IMG/VR virus record: IMGVR_UViG_3300009941_000125 | Coordinates: 95,540 to 113,285 of that record | Origin: a virus | Lineage: Duplodnaviria > Heunggongvirae > Uroviricota > Caudoviricetes | DNA: 17,746 nt | Direction: 5' to 3' (one strand) | Shown here: piece by piece, positions 17,012-17,746 of the stretch | How the letters are laid out: each line of letters starts with the position of its first letter | How positions within the stretch are numbered: position 1 is the stretch's first letter | The notes under the pieces: generated by a model | Database searches by the model: none | What the model saw: only the letters and a program-made list of their open reading frames with translations | What the model was told of the DNA's origin: nothing | Made by a program: the position numbers and the translations under genes

Positions 17012-17746
17012 TAAATTACTCCATCTCCTAATTTATTCCAAGTCCACCAATCAGATAAGGCTCCTGTTCTTGTACTTGCTAAAAATTTGTTTAATATCCA
17101 AGGACTATAAATACAACTATTTTGCGTCATCCATCTATCCATTTTAATTCCCCAAGCACTTCCACCGCCAAGATTATTTACATACATTGCTATAATATAA
17201 TGTCCTGCAGCAACGTTTCCTGCTCCGTTTCTAATATCTAAAGTATACCCAGCACCCATAGGATGCATAAAAGGCATTCCGGCATCATACAAAGTATTAT
17301 CGTCTTTTATAAGTTTATAATATAATTCATCATCGCTAGACATAGTTATAGATAAAACAGAAGAAGTAGCTTTATAAATAGGAAAATAAACAAACATATG
17401 TTGATCAATAGAACCTAAAGGAGATTTCCACCAAAATTTTATTGCTCCATCATGAGTTATTACTTCATATCCAGGAAAGTTTTGATCTGTATCTAATAAC
17501 TCTTCCCATTCAGAGCTTACTGGACCGCCAGATAATACAGCTTGAAATTGTGGAATTCTTACAAAACATTTAGCTCTTTCTTGCCCCGTCCAAACCGAGC
17601 CTGTAAAATATCCAGAACTAGACCCATATCCGGGCCAATAACCATATTCAGAATCATTATCTGATCTACCAAACATCCCAACACTTGAAGCGTTAACAGC
17701 ACTCCCATAAACAGCTCTTCCTCCAGCTGTTTGACAAAGTCCATAT
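17011..17746 (-). CDS. C-terminal part of a YG-repeat fibre ending in a PA14-like domain (5' truncated)
   Basis: The frame of the 221-aa track ORF stays open to the window edge (YGLCQTAGGRAVYGSAVNASSVGMFGRS...), so Met 17676 is internal. The distal domain has ITMSSDDELYYKL and AAGHYIIAMYVNNLGGG, resembling PA14 SDDG..L and AG.Y.I.I.Y...GG. Confidence 0.75.
   Translation of the reverse strand, partial: YGLCQTAGGRAVYGSAVNASSVGMFGRSDNDSEYGYWPGYGSSSGYFTGSVWTGQERAKCFVRIPQFQAVLSGGPVSSEWEELLDTDQNFPGYEVITHDGAIKFWWKSPLGSIDQHMFVYFPIYKATSSVLSITMSSDDELYYKLIKDDNTLYDAGMPFMHPMGAGYTLDIRNGAGNVAAGHYIIAMYVNNLGGGSAWGIKMDRWMTQNSCIYSPWILNKFLASTRTGALSDWWTWNKLGDGVI

Larger units (their letters stand above)
1..17746 (-). 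mobile_element. Phage or prophage late-gene region: tail fibre/receptor-binding genes with an embedded lysis cassette
   Basis: 14 co-oriented ORFs separated by at most 33 nt or overlapping. They include an M15 endolysin, a holin-like membrane protein, a tailspike-like beta-helix and several fibre-like repeat proteins, with no housekeeping genes. Free phage versus prophage cannot be decided from this window. Confidence 0.9.

Noticed and set aside
1976-17147. Plus-strand track ORFs (1976..2347, 2956..3231, 5788..6099, 9015..9218, 11589..11807, 12608..12853, 16890..17147)
   Set aside because: They lie antisense to well-supported minus-strand genes, have low-complexity or Cys/Ile-skewed shadow composition, and show no recognisable motifs.
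83-17744. Alternate-frame minus-strand ORFs (83..358, 12704..12913, 12962..13168, 17559..17744)
   Set aside because: They are nested out of frame in long repeat-protein genes. Their Leu/Met/Ile-rich composition is the expected frame-shifted reading of Gly/Thr/Ala codons.
1-17746. Tail-fibre shufflon or invertible cassette
   Set aside because: All genes are co-oriented, with no inverted silent tips, no recombinase and no inverted crossover repeats seen.
1-17746. tRNA, rRNA, CRISPR array, intron or intein
   Set aside because: No non-coding space longer than 33 nt, no exact direct repeats with spacers, and no intein or homing-endonuclease motifs recognised.

Overview
The whole window is one tightly packed, minus-strand, AT-rich run of 14 ORFs (two truncated by the window edges). 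It reads as the late virion-adhesion region of a large tailed bacteriophage or prophage. In transcription order (high to low coordinate): a truncated Gly/Tyr-repeat fibre ending in a PA14-like domain; a 53-aa ribbon-helix-helix-like ORF; a 307-aa minor tail protein; a 114-aa 'MATT' protein; a 1335-aa YG-repeat fibre; a 428-aa pectin-lyase-like tailspike; a lysis cassette (51-aa YvrJ-like protein, 3-TM holin-like protein, M15 L-Ala-D-Glu peptidase endolysin); a 50-aa C2H2 zinc-finger ORF; a 121-aa 'MATT' paralog; and 593-aa, 1620-aa (three tandem CBM-like repeats) and >665-aa fibre-like proteins. Four ORFs were missing from the supplied track and were translated by hand: <1..1997, 9058..9210, 10057..10212 and 16850..17011. 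The most notable pattern is a duplicated 'MATT small protein + giant fibre' module on either side of the lysis cassette, with a tiny putative nucleic-acid-binding ORF at the head of each block. No RNA genes, CRISPR, integrase, reverse transcriptase or terminator was seen. Family names come from motifs recognised by eye, not from database searches.
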